The translations under genes and the position numbers were made by a program. From Bacteroidota bacterium (GTDB taxonomy: Bacteria > Bacteroidota > Bacteroidia > AKYH767-A > OLB10), in assembly GCA_043758125.1 (NCBI GenBank), contig JAYVOC010000258.1, positions 1 through 45,317 of the forward strand: a stretch of DNA of 45,317 bases. Reading direction: 5' to 3'. A model generated the notes under the pieces. The model did not search any database and was not told where the DNA came from. It saw nothing but the letters and a program-made list of their open reading frames with translations. Positions within the stretch are counted from its first letter, which is position 1. Each line of letters begins with the position of its first letter. This document shows positions 28,442 to 37,910 of this stretch, one piece after another.

Positions 28442-29593
28442 ATGCAAAACGTTTTTGTTGAATCGAGTAACATTATTTCCGCACTTGGAAATTCCACATC
28501 AGAAAATTTTCAAAACATAATGTTGGGAAAATCAGGAATACAACAGCATTTAAATCCTCAAATAAATGATGAACCATTTTGGGCTTCGTTGCTTGATAAG
28601 CAACAACTTAATATATTCGAAAGTGAAATTTTAAATTCAGCGCAATATACTCGATACGAAAAAATTATAATTGCCTCTATAAGTGATGCACAAAAACTTT
28701 CGTTGGTAGATTTTTCTAGTAAGGAAACAATTTTTATATTTTCCACAACAAAAGGTAATATTTCTTTACTTGAAGAAAATAAAACTTTACCAGAATTATA
28801 TGCACGTTTAAGTTTGATGCACTCTGCAAAAATCATTTGCTCCTTGTTTAAAAATGAAAATGAACCCATCGTAATTTCTAATGCATGTATTTCGGGAGTG
28901 GTAGCATTACTCTATGCAAGAAGAATTTTAGCATCAGGAAAATATAAAAATGCTATTGTAATTGGAGCAGATACGATCAGTAAATTTGTCTTTTCAGGTT
29001 TCTTATCGTTTCAAGCGTTGAGTAAAAAGATTTGTCAACCATTTTCGTTAAACAGAGATGGAATTAACCTTGGCGAAGCCGCTGCTACTGTCGTATTAAC
29101 AACAAAAAATACAGTGGAGGCAAATCCTATCCAAATTTTAAATGGAGCCGTAACAAATGATTCCAATCACATTTCTGGACCATCACGAACCGGAGAAGAA
29201 CTAAGTTGTGCTATAAATAATTCTCTGCTTTTATCATCACTAAAGCCAGATGATATAGGATTTATTTCTGCACATGGAACAGGAACTTTATTTAACGACG
29301 AAATGGAAGCGAAGGCTTTTAGTTTATCAGGATTAGTCGATACTCCAGTAAATAGTTTAAAAGGATATTTCGGACATACACTTGGAGCAGCAGGAATAGT
29401 AGAATCGATTATTTGTTTTTTATCATTACAAAATAACACTATCATTCCTACTTTAGGATTTACAGAAATTGGTGTAACACCACCAATAAATATTTGCAAT
29501 ACCATCACAAAAAAAGAATTAAATTACTGTTTAAAATCCGCTTCTGGTTTTGGTGGTTGTAATGCAACATTAATTTTCTCCTCAAAGAATTAA
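28442..29593 (+). CDS. Beta-ketoacyl-ACP synthase (probable starter-extending KS)
   Basis: SNACISG, HGTGT, KGYFGHTLGA, SGFGG. Confidence 0.92.
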   Translation: MQNVFVESSNIISALGNSTSENFQNIMLGKSGIQQHLNPQINDEPFWASLLDKQQLNIFESEILNSAQYTRYEKIIIASISDAQKLSLVDFSSKETIFIFSTTKGNISLLEENKTLPELYARLSLMHSAKIICSLFKNENEPIVISNACISGVVALLYARRILASGKYKNAIVIGADTISKFVFSGFLSFQALSKKICQPFSLNRDGINLGEAAATVVLTTKNTVEANPIQILNGAVTNDSNHISGPSRTGEELSCAINNSLLLSSLKPDDIGFISAHGTGTLFNDEMEAKAFSLSGLVDTPVNSLKGYFGHTLGAAGIVESIICFLSLQNNTIIPTLGFTEIGVTPPINICNTITKKELNYCLKSASGFGGCNATLIFSSKN

Positions 29594-29602
29594 TATTTTC
29601 AG

Positions 29603-31204
29603 ATGAAAAATTTATACTCTTCTGAACTTAAAAATTCACATTATGATGCCATCATCATTGGATCAGGAATGGGCGGACTTACAACGGCTGTTTTGCTGGC
29701 TAAGGCTGGAAAGAAAGTTCTAGTTCTTGAAAAGCATTATGTGATTGGCGGATTTACACATACCTTCAAGCGTAAAAATTTCGTTTGGGATGTGGGTGTT
29801 CATTACGTTGGTCAAGTAAATTTAACAGAATCATTATTAAAAAAAGCGTTCGATTATGTTTCAGAAGGAAAATTAAAGTGGGCGGAGATGGGTGATGTTT
29901 ACGATCAAACCATTATTGAAGGTGTAACTTATAATTTCAAAAAAGGATACGATAATCAAGTAGCACAAATGATTGATTATTTTCCAAATGACGAAAATGC
30001 AATTCGCGAATATTATAAATTATTAAAAAGTATTGCAGGAAGATCGATAATGTTTTTCTCTGAAAAGACAATGCCAAATTGGTTGAGCAAATCAGTAGGC
30101 TATTTTTTAAGAAAAGGATTTTATAAATATTCCAATCAAACAACCTACGAAGTATTAAGTGCATTAACAACTAATGAAAAACTGATAGCAGTACTTTGTG
30201 CGCAATGTGGCAACTATGGTTTACCTCCTAAAAAAAGCAGTTTCGCACTTCATGCAATGATCGTTGAACATTTTTTAGAAGGTGGAAATTATCCTGTTGG
30301 AGGCGCTTCTAGTATTCATAAAAGCTTGTCGAATGTTATTGAGAATAATCATGGAAAGATTGCAATTAAAGCAACTGTAAAAAATATTATTCTGGAAAAG
30401 AATATGGCTATCGGTGTAGAAATGGAAAATGGCGATAAAATTTACGGTAAAAAAATTATCAGTAATGCAGGCGCATCCAATACCTTTAACCACCTCATCG
30501 TTGATGAAAATAAAAAATTTGAAAACACAAATGAGCTAAATAAAATTGATCCTTCTGTTGCACATGTATGTTTATATGTGGGATTAAATGCATCCGATAA
30601 AGAATTAAATTTACCAAAACACAATATTTGGCATTACGACACTTATAAATTAGATGATAAATTTGATCATCATTTAACGGATAAAAAATATGCTTCTTTA
30701 CTATCTTATTTTTCATTTCCATCCGCAAAAGATCCTGAGTGGCAAAAAAATCATCCCGATAAAGCTACCATACAAGTTGTAGATTCTTGTCGTTATAGTC
30801 ATGTAGCAAAATGGGCCGACAAACCATGGCAAAAGCGAGGTGAAGATTATGAGTTGGTAAAGCAAGAAATTCAAAATTCATTGCTAGAAAAACTTTACGA
30901 AGTTTTACCTCAAGTAAAAGGAAGAGTTGAAGTTTGTGAATTATCGACGCCACTTTCAACAGCACATTTTAGCAATTATACGCATGGCGAAATTTATGGC
31001 TTAGAACATTCACCTCAACGCTTTCACCTTAAACAATTACGTCCACGCACCAATTACAAAAACTTGTACCTAACCGGTCAAGATGTAGTTTGTGTTGGTG
31101 TTGGTGCAGCATTATTTTCGGGAATTATAACTGCTGTTTCAATTTTAAACCGAAATTTGCTTTGGAAAATAATTCGATTCAAAGCTCTTGAATCTGCTGA
31201 ATGA
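29603..31204 (+). CDS. CrtI/retinol-saturase-like FAD oxidoreductase 2
   Basis: GSGMGG, IGG, WDVGVHYVG, YPVGGAS, FPSAKDP, STPLS, GEIYGL, LYLTGQD. Confidence 0.88.
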   Translation: MKNLYSSELKNSHYDAIIIGSGMGGLTTAVLLAKAGKKVLVLEKHYVIGGFTHTFKRKNFVWDVGVHYVGQVNLTESLLKKAFDYVSEGKLKWAEMGDVYDQTIIEGVTYNFKKGYDNQVAQMIDYFPNDENAIREYYKLLKSIAGRSIMFFSEKTMPNWLSKSVGYFLRKGFYKYSNQTTYEVLSALTTNEKLIAVLCAQCGNYGLPPKKSSFALHAMIVEHFLEGGNYPVGGASSIHKSLSNVIENNHGKIAIKATVKNIILEKNMAIGVEMENGDKIYGKKIISNAGASNTFNHLIVDENKKFENTNELNKIDPSVAHVCLYVGLNASDKELNLPKHNIWHYDTYKLDDKFDHHLTDKKYASLLSYFSFPSAKDPEWQKNHPDKATIQVVDSCRYSHVAKWADKPWQKRGEDYELVKQEIQNSLLEKLYEVLPQVKGRVEVCELSTPLSTAHFSNYTHGEIYGLEHSPQRFHLKQLRPRTNYKNLYLTGQDVVCVGVGAALFSGIITAVSILNRNLLWKIIRFKALESAE

Positions 31205-32136
31205 AAAACGCTATGAAAAATATACTTGTCATCTATTTTACACAATCAGGCCAATTGAACAAAGCAGTAAAAGCTACGTTACAAAACCTAGAAAACGATG
31301 CTGACGTTAACATTCAATACGAGCAAATACAACCACAAAAAGCATTTCCTTTTCCATGGACTTACATGCAATTTTTTGATGCTTTTCCAGAAACGGTGCA
31401 AGGAGTTCCATGTCCACTTTTACCATTTTCATTTGATCCTGATGCACATTTTGACCTAATCATTATCGCATATCAGCCTTGGTTTTTATCTATAAGTCAA
31501 CCGATAAATTCTTTTTTACAAACTATTGAGGCTAAAAAATTACTAAGAAATAAACCAGTAATTACCATTTTAGCTTGTCGTAATATGTGGTTAAATGCAC
31601 AAGAAAAGATGAAAATGCATTTAAAAAAGTTAGGTGCTAACTTAGTTGGCAACATCACTTTCGTAGATAAATCAGCTAATTTGGTGAGTTTAGTAACTGT
31701 TTTCGCGTTTGCCTTAGGAGGTATTCAGGATAAGTTTTTGGGCATTTTTCCGAAATATGGTGTGTCTGACGATGATTTGAAAGCAAATGCCGGGAAATTT
31801 GGAGCCATAATTCAATCTCACTTAAAAAGTGGGGAATACGTTGGACAGCAAGAGGAACTTATTGTAAGCGGAGCAATAAACATTAAATCGAATTTAATGT
31901 TACTAGAAGGCAGAGGAAAAGTATTGTTTCCACTTTATGCCAATTATATCTCTAAGAAAGGAACCGCCAATAGTAATGAACGCAGGTCAAGAGTTAGGAT
32001 TTTTGGTATTGTTTTACCAACAGCAATTTTAATACTCTCCCCTATTATCACCATTTTATCACGCTTGGCACCAGTAATTTTCCCGAAAAAAATTAGAGGA
32101 GAAATTAATTATTTCTCAAATAATACTTTACGATAA
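31201..32136 (+). CDS. darA: Dialkylresorcinol biosynthesis protein DarA (flavodoxin-like)
   Basis: ILVIYFTQSGQL, FPFPW, FPETV, YQPWFLS, CRNMW; upstream of a DarB-type KAS III. Alternative start at 31213. Confidence 0.88.
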   Translation: MKNAMKNILVIYFTQSGQLNKAVKATLQNLENDADVNIQYEQIQPQKAFPFPWTYMQFFDAFPETVQGVPCPLLPFSFDPDAHFDLIIIAYQPWFLSISQPINSFLQTIEAKKLLRNKPVITILACRNMWLNAQEKMKMHLKKLGANLVGNITFVDKSANLVSLVTVFAFALGGIQDKFLGIFPKYGVSDDDLKANAGKFGAIIQSHLKSGEYVGQQEELIVSGAINIKSNLMLLEGRGKVLFPLYANYISKKGTANSNERRSRVRIFGIVLPTAILILSPIITILSRLAPVIFPKKIRGEINYFSNNTLR

Positions 32137-32210
32137 TTTATTAATAAATTTTCAAATAAATAGTGCTAATCGAAGATCATGTTTAGCAGACAATTATACC
32201 CTATTTTTAA

Positions 32211-32218
32211 TATCTTTG
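32211..32218 (+). promoter_or_regulatory. -7 element (TATCTTTG) upstream of darB
   Basis: Exact TAnnTTTG in the 210-nt darA-darB gap. The -33 element is not clear. Confidence 0.5.
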
Positions 32219-32346
32219 TCCTATTCTTCAATATGTGAAAATTGGAGTAAAATAATTATATTTATGCCTAATGGTGTCTCGATTTTATCGAGGTTTATAT
32301 TCCCAACGCATTATTCATTCTATTAACTACCAAAATAATTATACAA

Positions 32347-33498
32347 TTGTCGTCAAATAATAATTCAGTTTACATAAATAAAATTGCAAAGTTTCTTCCT
32401 GGCGAAGTTGTTCTCAATGATGAAATGGAACAGTTTCTTGGATATGTTGGTGGTGATTTAAAATCAAAATCAAAACCATTAATTTTAAGAAACAATAAAA
32501 TTACAAAACGGTATTATGCTTTAGATAAACATGGCAAAAGTACTTATAGCAATACCGAGCTAACCATTGAAGCAATTAAAGGTTTAGTAAGTGAAGATTT
32601 TCAGCTCGATAAAATTGAACTTTTAACATGTGGAACAACAACTCCTGATCAAATATTACCAGCACATGCTACAATGGTTCATGGTGAATTAAAAGGTCAT
32701 TCAATCGAAGCCATCACTTTTGCAGGATCCTGTTGTGCAGGAATGAATGCATTAAAATATGCGTATATGTCGGTGCTAACTGGGAATACAAAAAACGCAA
32801 TTACTACGGGTTCAGAAAAATTTTCTCAATGGATGATAGCAAATAATTTTTCGGAAGAAGCAGAAAAAATTAAGCTGATAGAAGAAAGACCAATTTTAGG
32901 ATTTGAAAAAGATTTTCTACGTTGGATGTTATCAGATGGTGCTGCTGCAGTTTTACTTAGTAACACACCAAGTAAAGTAGGATTAAATTTAAAAATTGAG
33001 TGGATTGAAATAAGTTCTTATGCAAATGAATTAGAGACCTGCATGTACTCAGGTGGTGAGAAAAATGAAGATGGTAGCATAAAAGGATGGGCTACATTCG
33101 AACAAAAAGAATGGTTAGAAAAATCATTGTTCTCTTTACGACAAGATACCAAATTATTAGATAACAATATTGCTCGACTAGGAACGATATCTTACATTGC
33201 AGCATTTAAAAAACACAATGTTGATCCTTTAACTGTCGATTGGTTTTTACCACATATTTCCTCTGAATATTTTCGTTCGAAAGTGGATGATGAAATGAAA
33301 TCAACAGGTATTCAACTAGCACAAGAAAAATGGTTTGTGAACCTTTCTCAAATTGGAAATATTGGATCTGCTTCTATATTTCTTGCACTAGAAGAATTGA
33401 TAAACTCTGGAAAACTTATTAAAGGTCAAAAGATAGTTATAACAGTTCCTGAAAGTGCGCGATTCTCCTTCGCAAATGCATTACTTACCGTTTGCTAA
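32347..33498 (+). CDS. darB: DarB/StlD-type KAS III (cyclohexanedione/dialkylresorcinol-forming condensing enzyme)
   Basis: ILRNNKITKRYYA, GSCCAGM, FLRWMLSDGA, LPHISS, GNIGSAS, VPESARF; TTG start. Confidence 0.9.
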   Translation: MSSNNNSVYINKIAKFLPGEVVLNDEMEQFLGYVGGDLKSKSKPLILRNNKITKRYYALDKHGKSTYSNTELTIEAIKGLVSEDFQLDKIELLTCGTTTPDQILPAHATMVHGELKGHSIEAITFAGSCCAGMNALKYAYMSVLTGNTKNAITTGSEKFSQWMIANNFSEEAEKIKLIEERPILGFEKDFLRWMLSDGAAAVLLSNTPSKVGLNLKIEWIEISSYANELETCMYSGGEKNEDGSIKGWATFEQKEWLEKSLFSLRQDTKLLDNNIARLGTISYIAAFKKHNVDPLTVDWFLPHISSEYFRSKVDDEMKSTGIQLAQEKWFVNLSQIGNIGSASIFLALEELINSGKLIKGQKIVITVPESARFSFANALLTVC

Positions 33499-33555
33499 AT
33501 AAAAGATTCAAATAACTATTTGTGGAAACATGACCATTTTCCCAGCAACTTAAAA

Positions 33556-33966
33556 ATGGAAAAAGACAAAGTACCACAACAAGATAGCAACATACTCGAA
33601 GGCAAAGTAAAGATGCTGAAGTATGCCGTTGATGAAAATGGCAATTATACAAAAGTTCCAAGTGCTGGTTGGGAACCAGAAACAATTGTACTCTCATTAG
33701 CATGGGATGAAATACATGAAAAGATTGATGCAGTAAGAAAACGTGTTTTGGCGAATGAAATAAGTCCTATTGCATATTTTATGGAAAAAGAAATGCTAGA
33801 CATACCTTTACTTTCTCAATATGTTGGTTATTTTTCTTTTCAAGTAAAGCGTCATTTGAAACCACGAATTTTCAAAAAGTTATCAGAAAAGCAATTAGAA
33901 AAATACGCAAAAGCATTTCAAATAACAAAAGAACAACTTCTAGATATCTCACTCGATAATAAATAA
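33556..33966 (+). CDS. Hypothetical cytoplasmic protein with possible C-terminal HTH
   Basis: ATG 33556 (MEKDKVPQ..), KYAVDENGNY, SAGWE, QVKRHLKP..F..L....LEKYA..F. Confidence 0.75.
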   Translation: MEKDKVPQQDSNILEGKVKMLKYAVDENGNYTKVPSAGWEPETIVLSLAWDEIHEKIDAVRKRVLANEISPIAYFMEKEMLDIPLLSQYVGYFSFQVKRHLKPRIFKKLSEKQLEKYAKAFQITKEQLLDISLDNK

Positions 33967-34020
33967 ATTTCTCCATCCAAATATTAAAATTTATAATTTA
34001 AATTTTTAATTCTTAAAGAT

Positions 34021-35022
34021 TTGCAAATTAATTTCGAACATAATCAGTCAGCACATTGTGAAAGTGGAACAGCATCCAATCTGCTTCGCTATCACGGATT
34101 AATATTAAGTGAGCCAATGATCTTTGGAATTGGATCTGGATTATTTTTCGGACATTTTCCATTCTTAAAAGTTAATGGAATTCCAGGAACTACATATAGA
34201 ATTTTCCCTGGTCTAATTTTTAGCAGAACATGCAAACGATTAGGTATTAAAATGAAAAAGCAAACGTTTCGCAGTGAAACAAAAGCGATGGAAGAATTGG
34301 ATCGTATTTTAGAAAAGGGAATGCCTGTAGGACTTCTTACAAGTGTTTATTACCTTCCCTATTTGCCCGCAGCACTTAGATTTCATTTCAATGCCCACAA
34401 CATCGTTGTGTACGGAAAAAAAGATGGAAAATATTTAGTGAGTGATCCAGTAATGGAAACGGTAACTGAAATTGCACCAGAAGATTTACAACGCGCTAGA
34501 TTTGCTAAAGGTGCCTTAGCTCCAAATGGCAAAATGTATTACCCCATATTTGTTCCTAAAGAAATTAATTTAAAACGATCAATTGTTGCTGGAATACGAA
34601 GAACTGCAGTGGACATGACCGCTATTCCTGTACCACTCATTGGTGTAAGAGGAATACGTTTTCTTGCAAAAAAAATAGCAGGCTATCCCAAAAAATTATC
34701 GGAAAGAAAATCATCACTTTACTTAGGTAATATTGTTCGAATGCAAGAAGAAATTGGAACTGGTGGTGCTGGCTTTCGTTTTATATATGCCGCATTTTTA
34801 CAAGAGTCATCATCAATATTAAAGCAAGATTGGTTGATGGACATTTCAAAAGAAGTTACAGAAACAGGTGATAAATGGAGAGACTTTGCTTATGATGCGG
34901 CAAGAATTTGTAAAGACCGCGCTACATCAGGTGAGAGTTATGAAAAGCTATCTTCTATGATGTTGGATTGTGCTGACCGTGAAGAAAATATTTTTACTAA
35001 GCTCAAAAAAATTACTTTGTGA
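34021..35022 (+). CDS. BtrH-like protein (papain/C39-like N-terminal domain)
   Basis: HCESG (Cys), FNAHNIVVYG (His), VSDP (Asp); C-terminal EEIGTGGAGFR..YAAFLQE; TTG start. Confidence 0.82.
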   Translation: MQINFEHNQSAHCESGTASNLLRYHGLILSEPMIFGIGSGLFFGHFPFLKVNGIPGTTYRIFPGLIFSRTCKRLGIKMKKQTFRSETKAMEELDRILEKGMPVGLLTSVYYLPYLPAALRFHFNAHNIVVYGKKDGKYLVSDPVMETVTEIAPEDLQRARFAKGALAPNGKMYYPIFVPKEINLKRSIVAGIRRTAVDMTAIPVPLIGVRGIRFLAKKIAGYPKKLSERKSSLYLGNIVRMQEEIGTGGAGFRFIYAAFLQESSSILKQDWLMDISKEVTETGDKWRDFAYDAARICKDRATSGESYEKLSSMMLDCADREENIFTKLKKITL

Positions 35023-35771
35023 TGAATAATCATGATGCCATACATGTATCGAATTTATTAAAAAGTTATAAGGATAGCAACGTACCTGCTGTTAACGACA
35101 TTACCTTTTCAATAAGACCAGGAACTATTTGGGGGTTACTTGGACCAAATGGTGCAGGAAAAACAACTGTAATATCTATCCTTTGCGGATTACTTAAAAA
35201 AACAGCTGGTGATGTTTCAATTTTCGGATTAAATTATCAAGATAATAGAGAAGAAATAAAACAGTTGATAGGCGTTGTTCCTCAGGAAATTGCTATTTAC
35301 CCAACACTCACTGCATACGAAAACTTGAAATATATTGGTAATATGTATGGGTTAAAAGGTCAAGAATTAAAAGACCGCATTTCGAATTGCTTATCTCTAT
35401 TTGAATTAGATCATGTTTCAAATAAGAGAATAGAATCTTTTTCTGGCGGTATGAAACGTCGAATAAATTTAATTGCTGGAATACTAAACAAACCTAGAAT
35501 TCTTTTTTTAGATGAACCAACAGTAGGTGTAGATGTTCAATCGCGAAATATAATTACTGAATATTTGCATAAGCTTAATTCGGAAGGAGCGACAATAGTT
35601 TATACTTCACATCTCATGGAAGAAGCAGAAAATCTATGCTCTTACATTTCCATTATTGATCACGGAAAAATTATTACTGATGGTAGTCCGAAGGATTTGT
35701 TAAAACAACATTCTTGTATTCATCTCGAGCAGCTTTTCTTAAAATTAACAGGTAGAAAATTACGAGATTAA
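35022..35771 (+). CDS. ABC transporter ATP-binding protein (ABC-2/DrrA-like)
   Basis: GPNGAGKT, FSGGM, LFLDEP, SH; TGATG coupling to the upstream gene. Confidence 0.95.
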   Translation: MNNHDAIHVSNLLKSYKDSNVPAVNDITFSIRPGTIWGLLGPNGAGKTTVISILCGLLKKTAGDVSIFGLNYQDNREEIKQLIGVVPQEIAIYPTLTAYENLKYIGNMYGLKGQELKDRISNCLSLFELDHVSNKRIESFSGGMKRRINLIAGILNKPRILFLDEPTVGVDVQSRNIITEYLHKLNSEGATIVYTSHLMEEAENLCSYISIIDHGKIITDGSPKDLLKQHSCIHLEQLFLKLTGRKLRD

Positions 35772-37048
35772 TGTTACGTCTTTTTGCTACCATAAAAAAA
35801 GAATTACTCATCCTCTTGCGTGACAGAAGTGGATTAGCAATCTTATTTTTAATGCCAATGGCTTTGGTAACAATCATGGCGTTAATTCAAGATGCACCAT
35901 TTAGAGATTACCAAGAATTACGAATACCTGTACTTGTTATCAACAACGACAAAGGTGATTTAGGAAAAAAAATTATTGATGGACTTACGGATTCAAAAGT
36001 TTTTCAAGTAACCATCTTTAAAGGATCAGAAATTGAAGCGAAAAAAAAAGTAGCTAAAAGTGATTCTGAAATCGGCATTTCCATTCCAAAAAATGCTACT
36101 GAACAATTAAATTTACGAATACAGAAATTTGTCACCAACACATTAACCGAAGTTGGTATTGTTGATACCCGTATTGCAAAACAAATATCACCAACTAAGG
36201 ACTCCACAATTTCTGTTTATTTTGCGCCCAATATTAAAAAATCATTTCGCAATTCTGTACTTAGTTCCATCAAGCAAGTATCATCAAAACTTGAAACACA
36301 AAGTATGCTTGATAATTTTAAGAATGCATTGAATCAAGATGAAGAGAATACTTCAAATAACAATCAAGCAATAGGTGATTTCATTAATTTTAAGGAAGAA
36401 GCAGTTATTGAAAATCAATATGCTGTTCTTGAATTAAATTCCGTTCAACACAATGTTCCTGCTTGGACAATGTTTGGAATGTTTTTCATTGTGATTACGC
36501 TTTCAGGTAGCATCATTAAAGAACGAGAAGATGGAAGTTATCTTCGTATTAAAACTATGCCTGGCTCCTACTTCACTGTGATGGCTGGAAAAATTTTTAC
36601 ATTTTTACTAGTATGCCTTACGCAATGTTTTTTAATGTTGTTAGTGGGCATCTATCTATTACCACATTTAGGATTACCTCAACTAATAATTGGATCAAGT
36701 ATAACAGCTATTACAATTGTGGCAATAAGTAGTGGATTAGCCGCAACTGGTTATGGTGTTTTAGTAGGCACAATATTTAGCACTCACCAACAATCTTCAA
36801 CATTTGGTGCTGTTTCTGTGGTGATACTAGCTGCCTTAGGAGGTATTTGGGTGCCTGTATATGTAATGCCCGATACAATAAAATTATTAGCTGAATTTTC
36901 TCCATTATTTTGGGGATTATCTGCATTTCAAAATATTTTTCTTAGTCATGGTGATGTATTAAGTGTGCAAATTTATATTTACAAATTACTATTATTTTTT
37001 GGTTGTTGTATTGGAATTTCCTACTTAATAAATAAAGTTCGACAATAA
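35771..37048 (+). CDS. ABC-2 type transporter permease
   Basis: KKELLILLRD, one TM plus large periplasmic loop plus multiple TMs, KEREDG, LGGIWVP. Confidence 0.92.
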   Translation: MLRLFATIKKELLILLRDRSGLAILFLMPMALVTIMALIQDAPFRDYQELRIPVLVINNDKGDLGKKIIDGLTDSKVFQVTIFKGSEIEAKKKVAKSDSEIGISIPKNATEQLNLRIQKFVTNTLTEVGIVDTRIAKQISPTKDSTISVYFAPNIKKSFRNSVLSSIKQVSSKLETQSMLDNFKNALNQDEENTSNNNQAIGDFINFKEEAVIENQYAVLELNSVQHNVPAWTMFGMFFIVITLSGSIIKEREDGSYLRIKTMPGSYFTVMAGKIFTFLLVCLTQCFLMLLVGIYLLPHLGLPQLIIGSSITAITIVAISSGLAATGYGVLVGTIFSTHQQSSTFGAVSVVILAALGGIWVPVYVMPDTIKLLAEFSPLFWGLSAFQNIFLSHGDVLSVQIYIYKLLLFFGCCIGISYLINKVRQ

Positions 37049-37104
37049 TAAATAATCTTTTAAGGATTTATAGTTAAAATAAAAATCATTAACATTATAA
37101 AAAA

Positions 37105-37785
37105 TTGAATCATAAATTTTACTACACATCATTTCTATCATTAGGTATAACTTTTCTATATCTGCTATTTTGCTCGTGTAATTTTTCAAAAAAAACATGT
37201 TTGAAATATTTAAACAAATCAAAAAATGAAAGTTTTGATATGGTAATCGTTCCAGGTGTTCCATTACTTAATGGGAAATGGGATTATACGATGAAAGGAA
37301 GAATTCTTTGGTCGAAATATTTGTATGATGCAGGAATAGCAAAAAACATTATGTACTCTGGTTCAGCAGTATATTCTCCTTACTATGAAGGAGAAGTTAT
37401 GGCACTTTATGCGGAAGCACTAGGAATACCTAAAGAACATATCTATACAGAAACTAAAGCAGAACATAGTACAGAAAATATTTATTATTCTTACAAGAAA
37501 GCAAAGCAATTAAATTTCGACAAGATAGCATTAGCTTCTGATCCGTTTCAAACTAAATTACTAAGCAGATTCGCGAGAAAAAAAGTTAGTGCTGATATAC
37601 GTTTATTACCAATGGTTGTTGATTCACTAAAAGAAATGAATACTGTTAAAATAGATCCACAAATAAATTATCAAAAAGCTTTCGTTACGGATTTTAAATC
37701 ACTTCCAGAACGACAAGGATTTTGGAAAAGGTTACGAGGAACACGTGGACTAAATATTGATATAAATGCTTATTCAACAAAATAA
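37105..37785 (+). CDS. YdcF/ElyC (DUF218) family protein, probable lipoprotein
   Basis: VIVPG, YSGS, EGEVM, ETKAEHSTEN; LLFCSC lipobox-like; TTG start uncertain. Confidence 0.8.
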   Translation: MNHKFYYTSFLSLGITFLYLLFCSCNFSKKTCLKYLNKSKNESFDMVIVPGVPLLNGKWDYTMKGRILWSKYLYDAGIAKNIMYSGSAVYSPYYEGEVMALYAEALGIPKEHIYTETKAEHSTENIYYSYKKAKQLNFDKIALASDPFQTKLLSRFARKKVSADIRLLPMVVDSLKEMNTVKIDPQINYQKAFVTDFKSLPERQGFWKRLRGTRGLNIDINAYSTK

Positions 37786-37884
37786 AAAGCTTGTAAAGTG
37801 GGAATAGAAACCACAGATTCAACTTCTTATTTTATTACTATATCAGGAAATGGTAAATAATAATTAATCGTTTCTTATAAACAG

Positions 37885-37892
37885 TATATTTG
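37885..37892 (+). promoter_or_regulatory. -7 element (TATATTTG) upstream of the methyltransferase
   Basis: Exact TAnnTTTG(C) 18 nt before ATG 37911. Confidence 0.55.
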
Positions 37893-37910
37893 CTTCACAA
37901 TAATATAAAA

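Noticed and set aside
37786-37860. Possible terminator after the DUF218 gene (GTGG..CCAC)
   Set aside because: The stem is only about 4 bp with no adjacent T tract, too weak to call.
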